A DNA stretch of 64,000 bases from Bdellovibrionota bacterium (GCA_044356295.1 JBIKWN010000008.1:1-64000), one strand, 5' to 3'; positions 9,731 through 19,821 are shown, numbered from the stretch's first letter. Made by a program: numbers and translations. The notes: generated by a model not told the origin, from the sequence alone.

Positions 9731-10249
9731 TCACTTTAATGCGATCATTCTAAACTCAATAGCCTGAATAATATTCCAAAGAAAGTAACCTAGTATTCTT
9801 TTGAACGGAATAAACTTAAAGAAAGAATTGTTATTGTAAATAAGCGTGACTGAGTCGATTTTAAATTTTGCGTGTGTGTAAAAACCAAGTACATTATCAG
9901 GCTCAAAATACTGCATAGTCTTTGTAGTAAAGCCTCTTTTATGGGTAGGGTCTGTAAAGGTGTCTTTATGCATATAATAAGGACCAGTCACTATCAGAAG
10001 ACCTCCAGGTCTAAGAACACGGTGTATTTCTTCGATGATAGATATAAAATTATCTACGTGCTCTAAGACATGATGGGCATAAATTTTATCAAAGGTATTA
10101 TCGTTGAACATTGACCAAGGGGTATCTTCCAAATTATGGACTACGTCGACACCAGGCAATTTAAGGATGTCAAGGTTTACTGCACCTTGCATTATTTTTC
10201 TGCCACAACCAATATTTAATATTTTTAATTGATTATTCACGGTTATCAA
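9731..10249 (-). CDS. Class I SAM-dependent methyltransferase (polysaccharide-cluster type)
   Basis: LNIGCG, HVLEH, RVLRPGG, DPTH. Confidence 0.85.
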   Translation of the reverse strand: MITVNNQLKILNIGCGRKIMQGAVNLDILKLPGVDVVHNLEDTPWSMFNDNTFDKIYAHHVLEHVDNFISIIEEIHRVLRPGGLLIVTGPYYMHKDTFTDPTHKRGFTTKTMQYFEPDNVLGFYTHAKFKIDSVTLIYNNNSFFKFIPFKRILGYFLWNIIQAIEFRMIALK

Positions 10250-10261
10250 AAAAAGTAAATT

Positions 10262-11467
10262 TTAAAGTTGCTGAGGTACATTGTGATATTTTTTGATGAC
10301 AAGTGCAGTTGTAGTGCTCAAAACTATTAACCACCATGGTGAAAATGAATACAGTAACCACCCTCCCGTTATATTAATAAGTGATAAGTAGAGCAAGAAA
10401 TTTTTCAAAAGGTCACATTCTAGACTTGAATAAAATGAATGAAGAGTTTTTCTGATGAGTAATGCAAAAAGTATAATCCCAAGAATCCCGTAATCAAAAA
10501 AGAGATTCAGGTATCCATTGTCGATATAGACATTGATGTCTCCTTGTAGTGATAATTGTGTATCAAGGAATCGTTTTTGAAAATCAATTGCAAACGGTTG
10601 CTTTTGAATATTTCCTGCACCAAGACCGAACCACATAGAATCAAAATGACGTAAGAAATAATGCCATTGAATCAGTCTTCCGTGAAGGAGCAGTAAAGAT
10701 AGAATATTTTTCCCGAAAAATAAGATATATGTTGTGACCAAAAGAGCGCTAAAGAAAATGAGCCTACGCAAAGTCATGCCATGGAGTCTGTGATAGTTCT
10801 CGATAAAAAAAACGACCAATAGTGCAATACATATAGAAATATTTTGCGTTAAAAAAATACATGCAGCTAATGAAGTGAGTAGGGAAGTTCGGTGAAGTTT
10901 CGAGAGGGAAGACTTTTGCGAATAGAAATCAATAGCGATAGCACCAATTATTACCGCAAGACTATTTGCTGAAGGAAGAAAACTTTTCCAAAGAGGTAAA
11001 CCAGCTGTAATAGTAAACGAAGAATCAAAAAAGAGAAGGGTATAAAGTACAGCCAAAGCAAACGTCAATCGACAACAAAAAAAGAAAGTAGAAAGTAGTT
11101 TTTCTAAAGGGAGTGCATGCCCGAGTACAATTCCACAAACAGAAATCAAAAATATACCATCTGCTTTTTCCAGAGACTCACTCGATGTATAGGCCCCAAG
11201 GTGTATCAGTGGCAGTAGCGCCAATGCCCAAAGCGTCCAATGTGCTTTGATATTCTCAATAATTTTTTTTAGGAAAAATGGTACTAATAATAATGTAAAG
11301 ATAAAGCTTAATTGACTTAGTGAAGCCAGAATCGAAATTAATGATGGCTCACTACTTGCTCCAGACCCGATACAAAGTCCAGAAATACACGCTACAATAA
11401 AGCATACTTGAGCAAACTTTTGAATATTTAGAGACTCAATGAAATCACCGTTAGAAAGAAATCTCAT
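10262..11467 (-). CDS. O-antigen ligase/polymerase-like membrane protein
   Basis: Multi-TM; GR..W, FGLG.G, DNGYL..FFDYGILG (Wzy_C-like). Confidence 0.65.
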   Translation of the reverse strand: MRFLSNGDFIESLNIQKFAQVCFIVACISGLCIGSGASSEPSLISILASLSQLSFIFTLLLVPFFLKKIIENIKAHWTLWALALLPLIHLGAYTSSESLEKADGIFLISVCGIVLGHALPLEKLLSTFFFCCRLTFALAVLYTLLFFDSSFTITAGLPLWKSFLPSANSLAVIIGAIAIDFYSQKSSLSKLHRTSLLTSLAACIFLTQNISICIALLVVFFIENYHRLHGMTLRRLIFFSALLVTTYILFFGKNILSLLLLHGRLIQWHYFLRHFDSMWFGLGAGNIQKQPFAIDFQKRFLDTQLSLQGDINVYIDNGYLNLFFDYGILGIILFALLIRKTLHSFYSSLECDLLKNFLLYLSLINITGGWLLYSFSPWWLIVLSTTTALVIKKYHNVPQQL

Positions 11468-12441
11468 AATTGACCAAAACGTTTTAAGGCTCTCTGAAGA
11501 TAGCGTTGTAGCAAAGCATTAAAGTTCATTTTTTTAAGTAAGAGAAGTTCCTGTTTGTTGGATTGTGTTGAAATAAGGAAAGTGATGCATGACTCAATCG
11601 TAGCATTCCAAAGCTTTCTAATATTTTCTTTACGATAAGCACTTATATCTATGTTTTCTGGTGTTGGAGTTTTAAGTACTTTTAAAATGGTATCCATGTC
11701 GTATTGGCTGTCATTTATATGTATTTGATGAAAACCTGGTATTTCAAAGTACTGTGAAAGTGCACCATTGAAACTAGTGAAAACGTTACACCCACAAGCA
11801 CGTGCCTCGAGCGGATGAAGACCAAAACCCTCTTCTGTATTATACGAGCTGAAATGCCATCTTGAATCATACAAAAGAATTTTACTTTTATTATACAGTT
11901 CCGAGAGGTCTTCTATGTGATTTGTCACTAAAAAAACATTAGAAACATTTTCAAGCTTAGGAAGAAGAAGTTTTTTAAGGTAGGGTGATATCTTTCGTTC
12001 AAAAATGAGAATATCGATCGGCCTATCATGTCCTTTATTGATAAAATGGTCATCGATGATTCCAGGAATTAAATAAAGAGGTCTAGCCGATTGGTAACGA
12101 GCCCAGTTTGAAAGGGTATAACGGCTTGAGCAAATAATTGGTGCAGATTCTGGGGGTCTTGCTGAACTTAAAAAGCTATGTGAGTTAATAATAATTCTAT
12201 TTTCAGGAATTTTTTTGGAAAGATACGTTATATGTGGGCCCCAGCCTATGAGAAAAAAATCAGAGTCTTTAATATTAAGATCGTTCAAGAAAAGATAGCC
12301 TTCTTCTCGATCGATGTACGTTACAATTCGAGTTTTAATAGTAAGATCTAAAGAAGCAGTGCTAATCAGTGACCATAACCCTCCACACTGCCATCGTTTG
12401 CCGAGTCCGGGAATAAGAATATTTAAACAGAATTCATTCAT
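11464..12441 (-). CDS. GT-B glycosyltransferase (GT4-like)
   Basis: EGFGLHPLEARACGC motif; N-terminal PG...CGGLW. Confidence 0.75.
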   Translation of the reverse strand: MNEFCLNILIPGLGKRWQCGGLWSLISTASLDLTIKTRIVTYIDREEGYLFLNDLNIKDSDFFLIGWGPHITYLSKKIPENRIIINSHSFLSSARPPESAPIICSSRYTLSNWARYQSARPLYLIPGIIDDHFINKGHDRPIDILIFERKISPYLKKLLLPKLENVSNVFLVTNHIEDLSELYNKSKILLYDSRWHFSSYNTEEGFGLHPLEARACGCNVFTSFNGALSQYFEIPGFHQIHINDSQYDMDTILKVLKTPTPENIDISAYRKENIRKLWNATIESCITFLISTQSNKQELLLLKKMNFNALLQRYLQRALKRFGQL

Positions 12442-12445
12442 TTTT

Positions 12446-13801
12446 TTATGTAGTTGTTTCTGGACTTATTGGAGAAAAAGTAAGAGCAAGGAAAAAACAG
12501 AATATACTTTGAGCTTGTATATGATGAATGAACGATTCTGACATGCCTGCAAGTAGCATAGAATAAACGCTCAAGGCAAAACAGGTTTGGTAAGAGAAAT
12601 GGTTTATTTTGAATTGATAGAGAGTTCTTCGGATCGATGAGAAAAGAATGAAAACAAACAGCAAGAGCCCAATCAGACCGAGCTGAAAATAGTATTCAAT
12701 AAAAATATTGTATGAACTCAGAATAGCGACTCGTGACGGAAGATAACTTTGTAGAAAAAAACTTGTATTGTTGAGTCCAGGACCAACCCCCCACAAAGGT
12801 ATATCAAGTATATTATTAGTAAGAGCTTTCCAAGCTATAAATCTTATATCAACAGAGGTATCAGTGGTAATAGTAAGTACTCTTTCGGTCCATAATACCC
12901 CGTGTCCTGCAATATAATTTATAAAGAATGCTGCAGCCAGAGTTAAAGAAAGTGCCAGTAACACTTCATAAGATTTATACAGTAATAGATATCCAGCTAT
13001 GAACAGGAAAATCAAAACGAACCCAAGCATTGGTCCACGAGAACCACTTGCAATTAGTGAATATATACCTGCAACAAGTGAAATTGTTATGAAAATTAAC
13101 TGAATACGACTTAATGTATAGAACTCTTTGACGAAGTAAACACATACAAATACAAGACAAGGTAGTATAAATATTGCGAAGGCGAGTGGATTGGATGGTT
13201 GGAGCAATCCGAATGAACGATTAAATTCAAACGATGAAAGTAAGTTGTAATCAATCCAGCCATTTTTTTGGAATAGATGAGGATCTATCGCTTGTGATAA
13301 GCATGCAGCGCCTTGAATCACCATAGTGAGCATAGAACAGCAGATTAAAAATTTGACATGTTTAGGAGCAATAACAAAGTCGTTAAAGCAAAACATAAAG
13401 ATTGGAAGTAATAAAAATCCGAATGTAGCAGAACCACCTGACCTGTCGATGACAGCATTATAAATTGAAAGAAAAATAGTTAGCAGAAATAAGAAGACAA
13501 AATATATTTTATTTCCAGACTTGTTTAAGTGAACCGTTGAAAAGCATTTATACACTGACAAAATAATGCAGATAAGTATTATGCAAGCAGAGATAGACTG
13601 TGGATCTTTAAAATTTAAAAGTGCCAGTATGACTAGTCCTGGAATAATCAATGAAACTAAATCCAACAAAAGATTAGCCCTTGATAGATAGTAGAATTGC
13701 TTTTGCGGAAAGTGCACCTGTTTCAAGAATGACATCTTGTCCAATTTTAGCGGGGGTGAGCCCGAGGTAGAGAGAATCTTCTTGCTCAAATATTTCAGCA
13801 T
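12446..13801 (-). CDS. O-antigen ligase family (WaaL/IctB-like) protein; true start probably downstream of 13801
   Basis: NPLAFA, SGSRG, R..AW, WGVGPG, SSYNIFIE...LGLIG; annotated N-terminus overlaps the upstream gene by 128 bp. Confidence 0.75.
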   Translation of the reverse strand: MLKYLSKKILSTSGSPPLKLDKMSFLKQVHFPQKQFYYLSRANLLLDLVSLIIPGLVILALLNFKDPQSISACIILICIILSVYKCFSTVHLNKSGNKIYFVFLFLLTIFLSIYNAVIDRSGGSATFGFLLLPIFMFCFNDFVIAPKHVKFLICCSMLTMVIQGAACLSQAIDPHLFQKNGWIDYNLLSSFEFNRSFGLLQPSNPLAFAIFILPCLVFVCVYFVKEFYTLSRIQLIFITISLVAGIYSLIASGSRGPMLGFVLIFLFIAGYLLLYKSYEVLLALSLTLAAAFFINYIAGHGVLWTERVLTITTDTSVDIRFIAWKALTNNILDIPLWGVGPGLNNTSFFLQSYLPSRVAILSSYNIFIEYYFQLGLIGLLLFVFILFSSIRRTLYQFKINHFSYQTCFALSVYSMLLAGMSESFIHHIQAQSIFCFFLALTFSPISPETTT

Positions 13802-14111
13802 CGCACGTTAGTATGCCTGAACTGAGATATCCATTGATTTGATTTCCAGTTTGACTAAATTCTCGAATCTGAACACGTGCAGTTTCTCGCGAACGAGCAA
13901 TAATTTTTGCTTCTTGACCAACAGATTCTCTCAGGTACGACTCTAGGATTGGAGATGTAATGAGAAAAGATATTTTTTTCTTTGAGGAAACTCCATTCGA
14001 AGGTTTGAGCGCTTCTGGTCGAAACTGAAAAATTATAAAACATAGAAAGGCAACAATAATTATAAGAGAAGTCGCAACGGTTGCTATTCTGTTATACAAC
14101 TGATTTTTCAT
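13674..14111 (-). CDS. Single-TM protein, DUF4330-like
   Basis: N-terminal TM; C-terminal LYLG...KIGQ...ET pattern; polysaccharide-cluster context. Confidence 0.45.
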   Translation of the reverse strand: MKNQLYNRIATVATSLIIIVAFLCFIIFQFRPEALKPSNGVSSKKKISFLITSPILESYLRESVGQEAKIIARSRETARVQIREFSQTGNQINGYLSSGILTCDAEIFEQEDSLYLGLTPAKIGQDVILETGALSAKAILLSIKG

Positions 14112-14120
14112 AATATTTTT

Positions 14121-15098
14121 TTAATGTATAAAGTAAAAAATAAAAATTGGAATTATGCAAATGCAATGCAACAGGCACAGAATTGAAAGTGTTTTGGGTA
14201 GTGAGTAATTTTTAGCTAAAAGTTGATGATGTAAGTGGTTAGTGTCTGCGACCACTATTGATAATAGAGATTTTACTATTCCCCTGCCAACACCTCGTGA
14301 ATATGCAATTCGTCGTATGCAGGTGCTTATGAGCTCAATCAAGGGAAGCCCAAAAATTAAGATATAAATAATGTACTGGTCTTTCGTGCCAAAATTTCCT
14401 GATTGTGCGGTTAGTATGAAGAATGTCGTAAGAGAAAAACCAATAAGCATACTTCCAGAGTCGCCGAGAAAAATCCTGGGGGACTTGAAATTCGATCGAG
14501 CTATCCCTAAAAGAGCACCAATGAATAGGGGAATAACTATCATTAATCCTGTATTCCCAAATAACTCCGAGTGAGACAATGACAATAAGCCCAACAAGGA
14601 TATCGTAGAAATAAATATACAAAGACCGTTTAAACCATCAATAAGATTGATGGCATTCATGAGCACGAGATAAAAGAAAAACAAATTAAAACGTTCGAAT
14701 ACGTTTACAGTTGAAATGCCAATAAATGATGGATGTAAACAAACAAAAAGGCAGATAAGAATTTGGAAGAAAAGTTTTGTTTTCCATTCGAGCTCAAAAC
14801 GGTCGTCAATCAGACCCAGTAATACAACAACGGAAGATAATAATAAAAAATTATGGTAGGAAAATGAGGAATCTAAAAGATCAGCGTGAGTTAACTTAAT
14901 AATAGTTAAAGAAATAACAAGAGTAAGCACTATTATTACTCCACCAGCTCTCGTAACTGGTTGTGAGTGTAAACGTCTCTCAGAGGGGTGATCGACAATC
15001 AAAAATAAGCAACAGAGACGCTCAATAGGGGCAACGAGCCCCAAACTGATAACTCCTGAGAGGAGCGTTAAAATCAACATATCGGTTAAAGGGAGCAT
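14121..15098 (-). CDS. Undecaprenyl-phosphate GlcNAc-1-phosphate transferase (WecA/TagO, MraY-like family)
   Basis: DHP..RRLH..P..RAGG, GLIDD, NAINLIDGLNGL, IFLGDSGS, HLHH. Confidence 0.88.
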   Translation of the reverse strand: MLPLTDMLILTLLSGVISLGLVAPIERLCCLFLIVDHPSERRLHSQPVTRAGGVIIVLTLVISLTIIKLTHADLLDSSFSYHNFLLLSSVVVLLGLIDDRFELEWKTKLFFQILICLFVCLHPSFIGISTVNVFERFNLFFFYLVLMNAINLIDGLNGLCIFISTISLLGLLSLSHSELFGNTGLMIVIPLFIGALLGIARSNFKSPRIFLGDSGSMLIGFSLTTFFILTAQSGNFGTKDQYIIYILIFGLPLIELISTCIRRIAYSRGVGRGIVKSLLSIVVADTNHLHHQLLAKNYSLPKTLSILCLLHCICIIPIFIFYFIH

Positions 15099-15213
15099 TG
15101 GCGGATAAGCTTATTTGGAATTGAATTGTAGGTAAAGCATAAGGTTGTTGGGGACAATAGGTGCTAATTGGATAAATATTGTCATTGCTTGGTAGTGTTT
15201 TATCAAACTACAA

Positions 15214-15693
15214 TTGTATTCTGTGAATATAAAGAATTTTCTAGAAAGAGAGTACCTCGTTCCTGTTACAGGTGGATTGATAGTTCTGTTTCTTATTCTG
15301 CAGTTCTTTATTGGTGGCGATGATAGATTGCTCAATGATCCTATACCTCAGCGAATTTCAGTTCCTATCTATATTCGAGGAGATATGAATGGATGGGGGC
15401 TGACAGATCCTCTTCACAGTGTCAAAGATGATACTGAGTTTCAGGCGATAGTTGAGCTGCCTCCTGGTAAATACGCTTTTAAAATTGGTGATGAAAACTG
15501 GAAAGATATCGATCTCGGTGGTTTGGAAATTAATCAGAAAATAAAGATCAAAGAGGATCTTCCTTTGACTATTCTGGGTGCTGATATATGGATTATTTCA
15601 GATGAGAAAGCTCCATATATTTTTACCCTAACCGGTGAAACAACTGAAGCGATGAAGCTTACTATCGAGAAAGGTAAGTTTAAGGAGCCTTAA
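15214..15693 (+). CDS. Membrane-anchored protein with a starch-binding-like (pullulanase X25/CBM48-like) beta domain
   Basis: TM then IYIRGDMNGWG...LPPGKYAFKIGDENW. Confidence 0.55.
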   Translation: MYSVNIKNFLEREYLVPVTGGLIVLFLILQFFIGGDDRLLNDPIPQRISVPIYIRGDMNGWGLTDPLHSVKDDTEFQAIVELPPGKYAFKIGDENWKDIDLGGLEINQKIKIKEDLPLTILGADIWIISDEKAPYIFTLTGETTEAMKLTIEKGKFKEP

Positions 15694-15718
15694 TTAACGA
15701 GTCTCTTAGGATACGTAA

Positions 15719-17533
15719 TTATCCAATGACGACATCTTTAAAATTATCCATAATTCTTTCTTGATTTAGTTTTTTCATTCGAGAAACAAATTCAGTACGA
15801 CTCATCGTAACTTGTTCCTGAGTACAATACCTCCTCAGTGTAACAGTATTATTTTCAACTTCCTTAGCCCCAAGAATAATCATATTAGGAATCTTATGAG
15901 TAACAGCTTCTCGAATTTTTTTATTAAACGAGTTATCTGAATTATCAATCTCAACTCTCACTAAATTATGGAGAAGTTCTTTTTCCAGAGATATTGCTGA
16001 TTCTAAAAATGCTTCTGAAACTGAAATAATTTTGACTTGAATAGGAGCCATCCATGTAGGGAATGCACCACCAAAATGTTCAATTAAAAATGCAATGAAG
16101 CGTTCATGTGTTCCTAGTGGTGCACGGTGGATAATGTAAGGATGGTGCTCTTTCCCATCTTGTCCAACATACGAAAGGTTAAATCGAAGTGGAGATGAAA
16201 AATCAAGTTGTGTCGTAGATATAGTTTCTTCTCTTCCTAAAAGAGTTCTTGCCTGAAAATCTAATTTTGGACCGTAAAAAGCAGCCTCACCTTCGCCAAT
16301 GTCGTAATCTACTTTCATCTCTTTGGCGACTTCTTCAACTATTTTCTCAGAGTATGCCCAAAGCTCAGGATTCTCGACAAACTTCTCTTTATTTTTAGGA
16401 TCATGTGTAGAAAGCCGTACTTTAATACCTTCAAAACGAAACATGTTAAAGTAAGAAAGAGTCAGATCGAATGTAGCTTTTAGTTCTGACTTTAGTTGTT
16501 CATTCGCGCAGTAGATATGAGCATCATTCATGCAAAGTGCTCGTACTCTGAGGAGTCCAGCAAGCGATCCAGACGATTCATATCGATAACAGCTTCCGTA
16601 TTCAGCTAACCGAAGTGGTAATTCACGATATGATCGTGGTCGATGACTAAAGATCATATGGTGATGCGGACAGTTCATTGCCTTTAAGTAATAGGCGCTT
16701 TCCCCTTCAAGTTGCATCGGCGGAAACATCGAATCTTTATAGTATGGAAGATGACCAGATGTATAATACAGTTCTTCTTTAGCTAAGTGTGGAGTTGATA
16801 CACGTTGGTATCCAAATCGTTGCTCAGTTTCTTTTGCAAGATTTTCTAAACTTTCTCGAATCACAGTTCCATGAGGAGTCCATAACGGAAGTCCAGGCCC
16901 AACTTGATCTGAAAAAATAAAAAGCTCTAGCTCTTTTCCAAGTTTTCTATGATCGCGCTCTTGAGCAAGTTTACGTCTTTCAATGTATTCGTTTAGCTGT
17001 TGTTTGTTTTCGAAAGCAAGACAATAAATTCGAGCAAGCTGAGGATTTTTCTCACTACCTCTCCAATATGCTCCCGCAACTGAATCTATGCAGAAAGCAT
17101 CAGGAGGAATTTGACCTGTATGCTCAAGATGAGGACCAGCACACATATCAACAAAAGGACCGTTCGTATAAAATCCAATTGTCGCCTCACCCCGTTCTTT
17201 TAACTCCTGACAATATTCGACTTTGAACTGTTGATCTTGAGAGGATAAGAAGGCTATCGCATCAGAGGTAGATTTTTGCTCCTCCTTAAATTCTTGACGT
17301 TGACCGATGATTTTTCGCATCCTTTTTTCGAGATCTTTAAAGTCTTCTGATGAAACAGGCTGATCAAAAAGAAAATCGTAGTAACAGCCAGTATCAATTG
17401 GAGGTCCAAATGCTAGTTTGGCATTAGGTCTAATCTCGAGCACCGCTTGGGCTAGTACATGGGACAGTGAATGTCTGATTCGGTAAAGGCGATCCTCTGC
17501 CGGCGATTGGGCTGAATTTTGTTTTGAGTCCAT
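15719..17533 (-). CDS. thrS: Threonine--tRNA ligase (short form without TGS domain)
   Basis: RHSLSH, DMCAGPH, RDHRKLG, KAMNCP, AAFYGPKLD, IHRA. Confidence 0.97.
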   Translation of the reverse strand: MDSKQNSAQSPAEDRLYRIRHSLSHVLAQAVLEIRPNAKLAFGPPIDTGCYYDFLFDQPVSSEDFKDLEKRMRKIIGQRQEFKEEQKSTSDAIAFLSSQDQQFKVEYCQELKERGEATIGFYTNGPFVDMCAGPHLEHTGQIPPDAFCIDSVAGAYWRGSEKNPQLARIYCLAFENKQQLNEYIERRKLAQERDHRKLGKELELFIFSDQVGPGLPLWTPHGTVIRESLENLAKETEQRFGYQRVSTPHLAKEELYYTSGHLPYYKDSMFPPMQLEGESAYYLKAMNCPHHHMIFSHRPRSYRELPLRLAEYGSCYRYESSGSLAGLLRVRALCMNDAHIYCANEQLKSELKATFDLTLSYFNMFRFEGIKVRLSTHDPKNKEKFVENPELWAYSEKIVEEVAKEMKVDYDIGEGEAAFYGPKLDFQARTLLGREETISTTQLDFSSPLRFNLSYVGQDGKEHHPYIIHRAPLGTHERFIAFLIEHFGGAFPTWMAPIQVKIISVSEAFLESAISLEKELLHNLVRVEIDNSDNSFNKKIREAVTHKIPNMIILGAKEVENNTVTLRRYCTQEQVTMSRTEFVSRMKKLNQERIMDNFKDVVIG

Positions 17534-17542
17534 AGAATTATA

Positions 17543-17803
17543 TTATTTGAAAAAGATCTCTTCTACTTTAATAGCATCACCAGCGAAAACTGCAAGTTGA
17601 GTTTTGACTGCAGGTTTTGAAAGGTACTCGAGGTCGGACTTTGTATGGCATTCAATATGCAGGCTATTGCCTTCAAAGTGAAAAGATTTAGCTGAACGGA
17701 GCTTTTCTAGAAGTCCAAGTTGAAACTTCTTATCAAGTTCAGTCAAAAGAGTATTCCAACGAGGAGAATCATTTCCAGGCACGGGTGCATCGTCACTATC
17801 CAT
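17543..17803 (-). CDS. Small hypothetical protein
   Basis: 86-aa ORF directly upstream of thrS; TATACT 7 nt before the ATG. Confidence 0.65.
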   Translation of the reverse strand: MDSDDAPVPGNDSPRWNTLLTELDKKFQLGLLEKLRSAKSFHFEGNSLHIECHTKSDLEYLSKPAVKTQLAVFAGDAIKVEEIFFK

Positions 17804-17873
17804 AACTGAAAGTATAAGGCTCCTTGGATTTCTTTGAGAAGGGGTGAAAATACTTCACTGAGGGGCTAAAATG

Positions 17874-17907
17874 AAAAAAGCACTGCATAAATATTTATGC
17901 AGTGCTT
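17874..17907 (-). terminator. Intrinsic terminator of the 17938-18228 gene
   Basis: Perfect 30-bp palindrome AAGCACTGCATAAATATTTATGCAGTGCTT (17878-17907) running into a T-tract on the minus strand. Confidence 0.85.
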
Positions 17908-17937
17908 CCAATAATGTAAGGCATCTAGAACTAGATG

Positions 17938-18228
17938 TTACATAGCAACTTGAGCAAGCTCAGCACCATTTGCAGCAGCTACAGCTTGAGCTTGAATTGC
18001 AGTTCTTAAACCATCTTTATCGAGGTCAAGAGCTTCACAAACGAATCCAAACGTTAAAGGTGCGTCTGTCGGCTCATCATCAAAAAGCCAGTAATCAGCG
18101 CCTTCCTTAACCTCTCCATCACCAGTGATGAAGTCAGTTATTGCGCGTTGTAAAACAGCAGCAAGAAGACGTTTTTCAGGGATTTGCTCACCAGCAGTGG
18201 GAACATCAGAATTTGACCAACCTTTCAT
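17938..18228 (-). CDS. Conserved hypothetical protein
   Basis: PEKRLLAAVL.RAI.D...W.F...F..VCEAL.LD pattern; AAGGA SD; own terminator. Confidence 0.75.
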   Translation of the reverse strand: MKGWSNSDVPTAGEQIPEKRLLAAVLQRAITDFITGDGEVKEGADYWLFDDEPTDAPLTFGFVCEALDLDKDGLRTAIQAQAVAAANGAELAQVAM

Positions 18229-19006
18229 GTTTTTCCTTATCTAAACTAAACAGTAATAAAAATCTAAATACACACTCACAACACAAACGCTCAAAGAGCC
18301 CATAGCCGAAAAAATCGACTCCAAATCTTACTAAGTGACGACAAAAAGCAGTCAAGGGCTTCAAGGCTTTAGATACGAGAGCGAAAAAATCGCAATCGTG
18401 TCTGAACCTTAAGGCGCAAAGCAAAGATAATATTTATGTGGGGAAACTAATCGAAACTTCTGATTAGAACTATGTATCCGCTAGTGCCGTAGATTTATTA
18501 ACGTCACTTGAGGCTACACAGCCCAATTCTCACCAGAAGAACTATTCGGTCTCCGTGTAAGAGTTTTATCGCCCTAGTACTCGGTAGTCAACGAAAAAAT
18601 GCATATCGCTGAAAATAATTGTTTCTTAAATGCATAATTGTAAAATCTTCAAGCAGAAATCAATTTAAGAACGATTTTGTTAGATATGAATATATTGTAA
18701 TTTTGAATTAACAACTAACCTCATGGTATTAAAGCTAAAATTCGATTCTTCTGAATTATTCAATAATCTAAAAAAATCTTCAGTTGAGAATAACTTCTGC
18801 TCAGTAGTGATATTTTCCCGAAATATAGTCAAAAAAAGATTTATGGATGCTCGCAAGGCTTTTCTTTATCGTATTTTTATTAAGATAGTTTCCGTCAGAG
18901 CGAAACTACTATTTTATTGAATTTATTCATTATTTTAACGAAAAACAACGGATTTTTACTGTTAGAAATGTATTCGTTGTGAGAGAATCAACCTAGAAAA
19001 ACCAGA

Positions 19007-19783
19007 ATGATCACAAAAATTGACAGTGATATTTACCGCGGCCCAGAGGTTCCTGCTGAAATAAGCGCTTATGTGGCTTTGAATCCCAATAAAAGACCTG
19101 GAAGTCTCGTCTTTGGAGGAGCTGTCTCTGGAACGGACGGATTAACTGGTCAAATCGCCTGCAAACTTGCTTTAGAGAGTTTTACTGATGGAGTAATGAG
19201 TTTTTTTGAAAGCCTTACTTCTGTCGGCTCAGCCCAGGATCAAGCTCTCGCTGAGTCGCTCACTGTTCAAGTACTTGAATCTTCCTTTAAGGCAGCCAAC
19301 AACTCTGTCTATAATTTTGGACATTCAATGGCAGCAGGCGGAAAAATGGGTGCCGCCCTTATTGGTCTTGTTGTGCATGATAGTATCACTGCTGCAGCTC
19401 GAGTAGGATCAAGTGCAGTATATCTCGTGCGTGCAGGCGAAACTTTTCCTTTTTTTGAGAAAAAACCTCCTTCACCTGCTGACAATTCCAAAACTCTTTC
19501 GACTTCGTCTCTTATCGGTCAAAATGCAATTGTTCAGGTTGAACTAGCATCAATACCTGTTAAAAGTGGTGATGCTTTGGTAGTACTGTCAGAAGAACTC
19601 GATTCTTCTCAGGAAAAAGTGTTAGCGGATTTCCTAAATGAGTACGATTTTACCGACAAGCTTGCAGCACATGATCTTTGTCACTTTGTTTTTCCAGAGT
19701 TACAAGAAGTGCACTTTGCTCTCGCTATAAAACTTGGAGTTGATGCAATTTACCTTTCCGACGTAGTAAGGACAGATTTTTAG
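19007..19783 (+). CDS. PP2C/PPM-fold protein lacking the metal-binding aspartates
   Basis: GQIACKLA, AANNSVY, MGAAL, ARVGSSAVYLVR, GDALVVLSEEL align to the PP2C layout. Confidence 0.65.
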   Translation: MITKIDSDIYRGPEVPAEISAYVALNPNKRPGSLVFGGAVSGTDGLTGQIACKLALESFTDGVMSFFESLTSVGSAQDQALAESLTVQVLESSFKAANNSVYNFGHSMAAGGKMGAALIGLVVHDSITAAARVGSSAVYLVRAGETFPFFEKKPPSPADNSKTLSTSSLIGQNAIVQVELASIPVKSGDALVVLSEELDSSQEKVLADFLNEYDFTDKLAAHDLCHFVFPELQEVHFALAIKLGVDAIYLSDVVRTDF

Positions 19784-19821
19784 AAATTTTTAATGAAGAT
19801 TTTTTTATTGAGAAAATAATT

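Noticed and set aside
18375..18470. c-di-GMP-I riboswitch (GGCGCAAAGC and GGAAAC...CGAAA fragments)
   Set aside because: The elements are in the wrong order and the P1/P2 stems cannot be built.
18723..18920. 65-aa ORF in the AT-rich intergenic region
   Set aside because: Low-complexity composition, no SD or recognisable motif; probably spurious.
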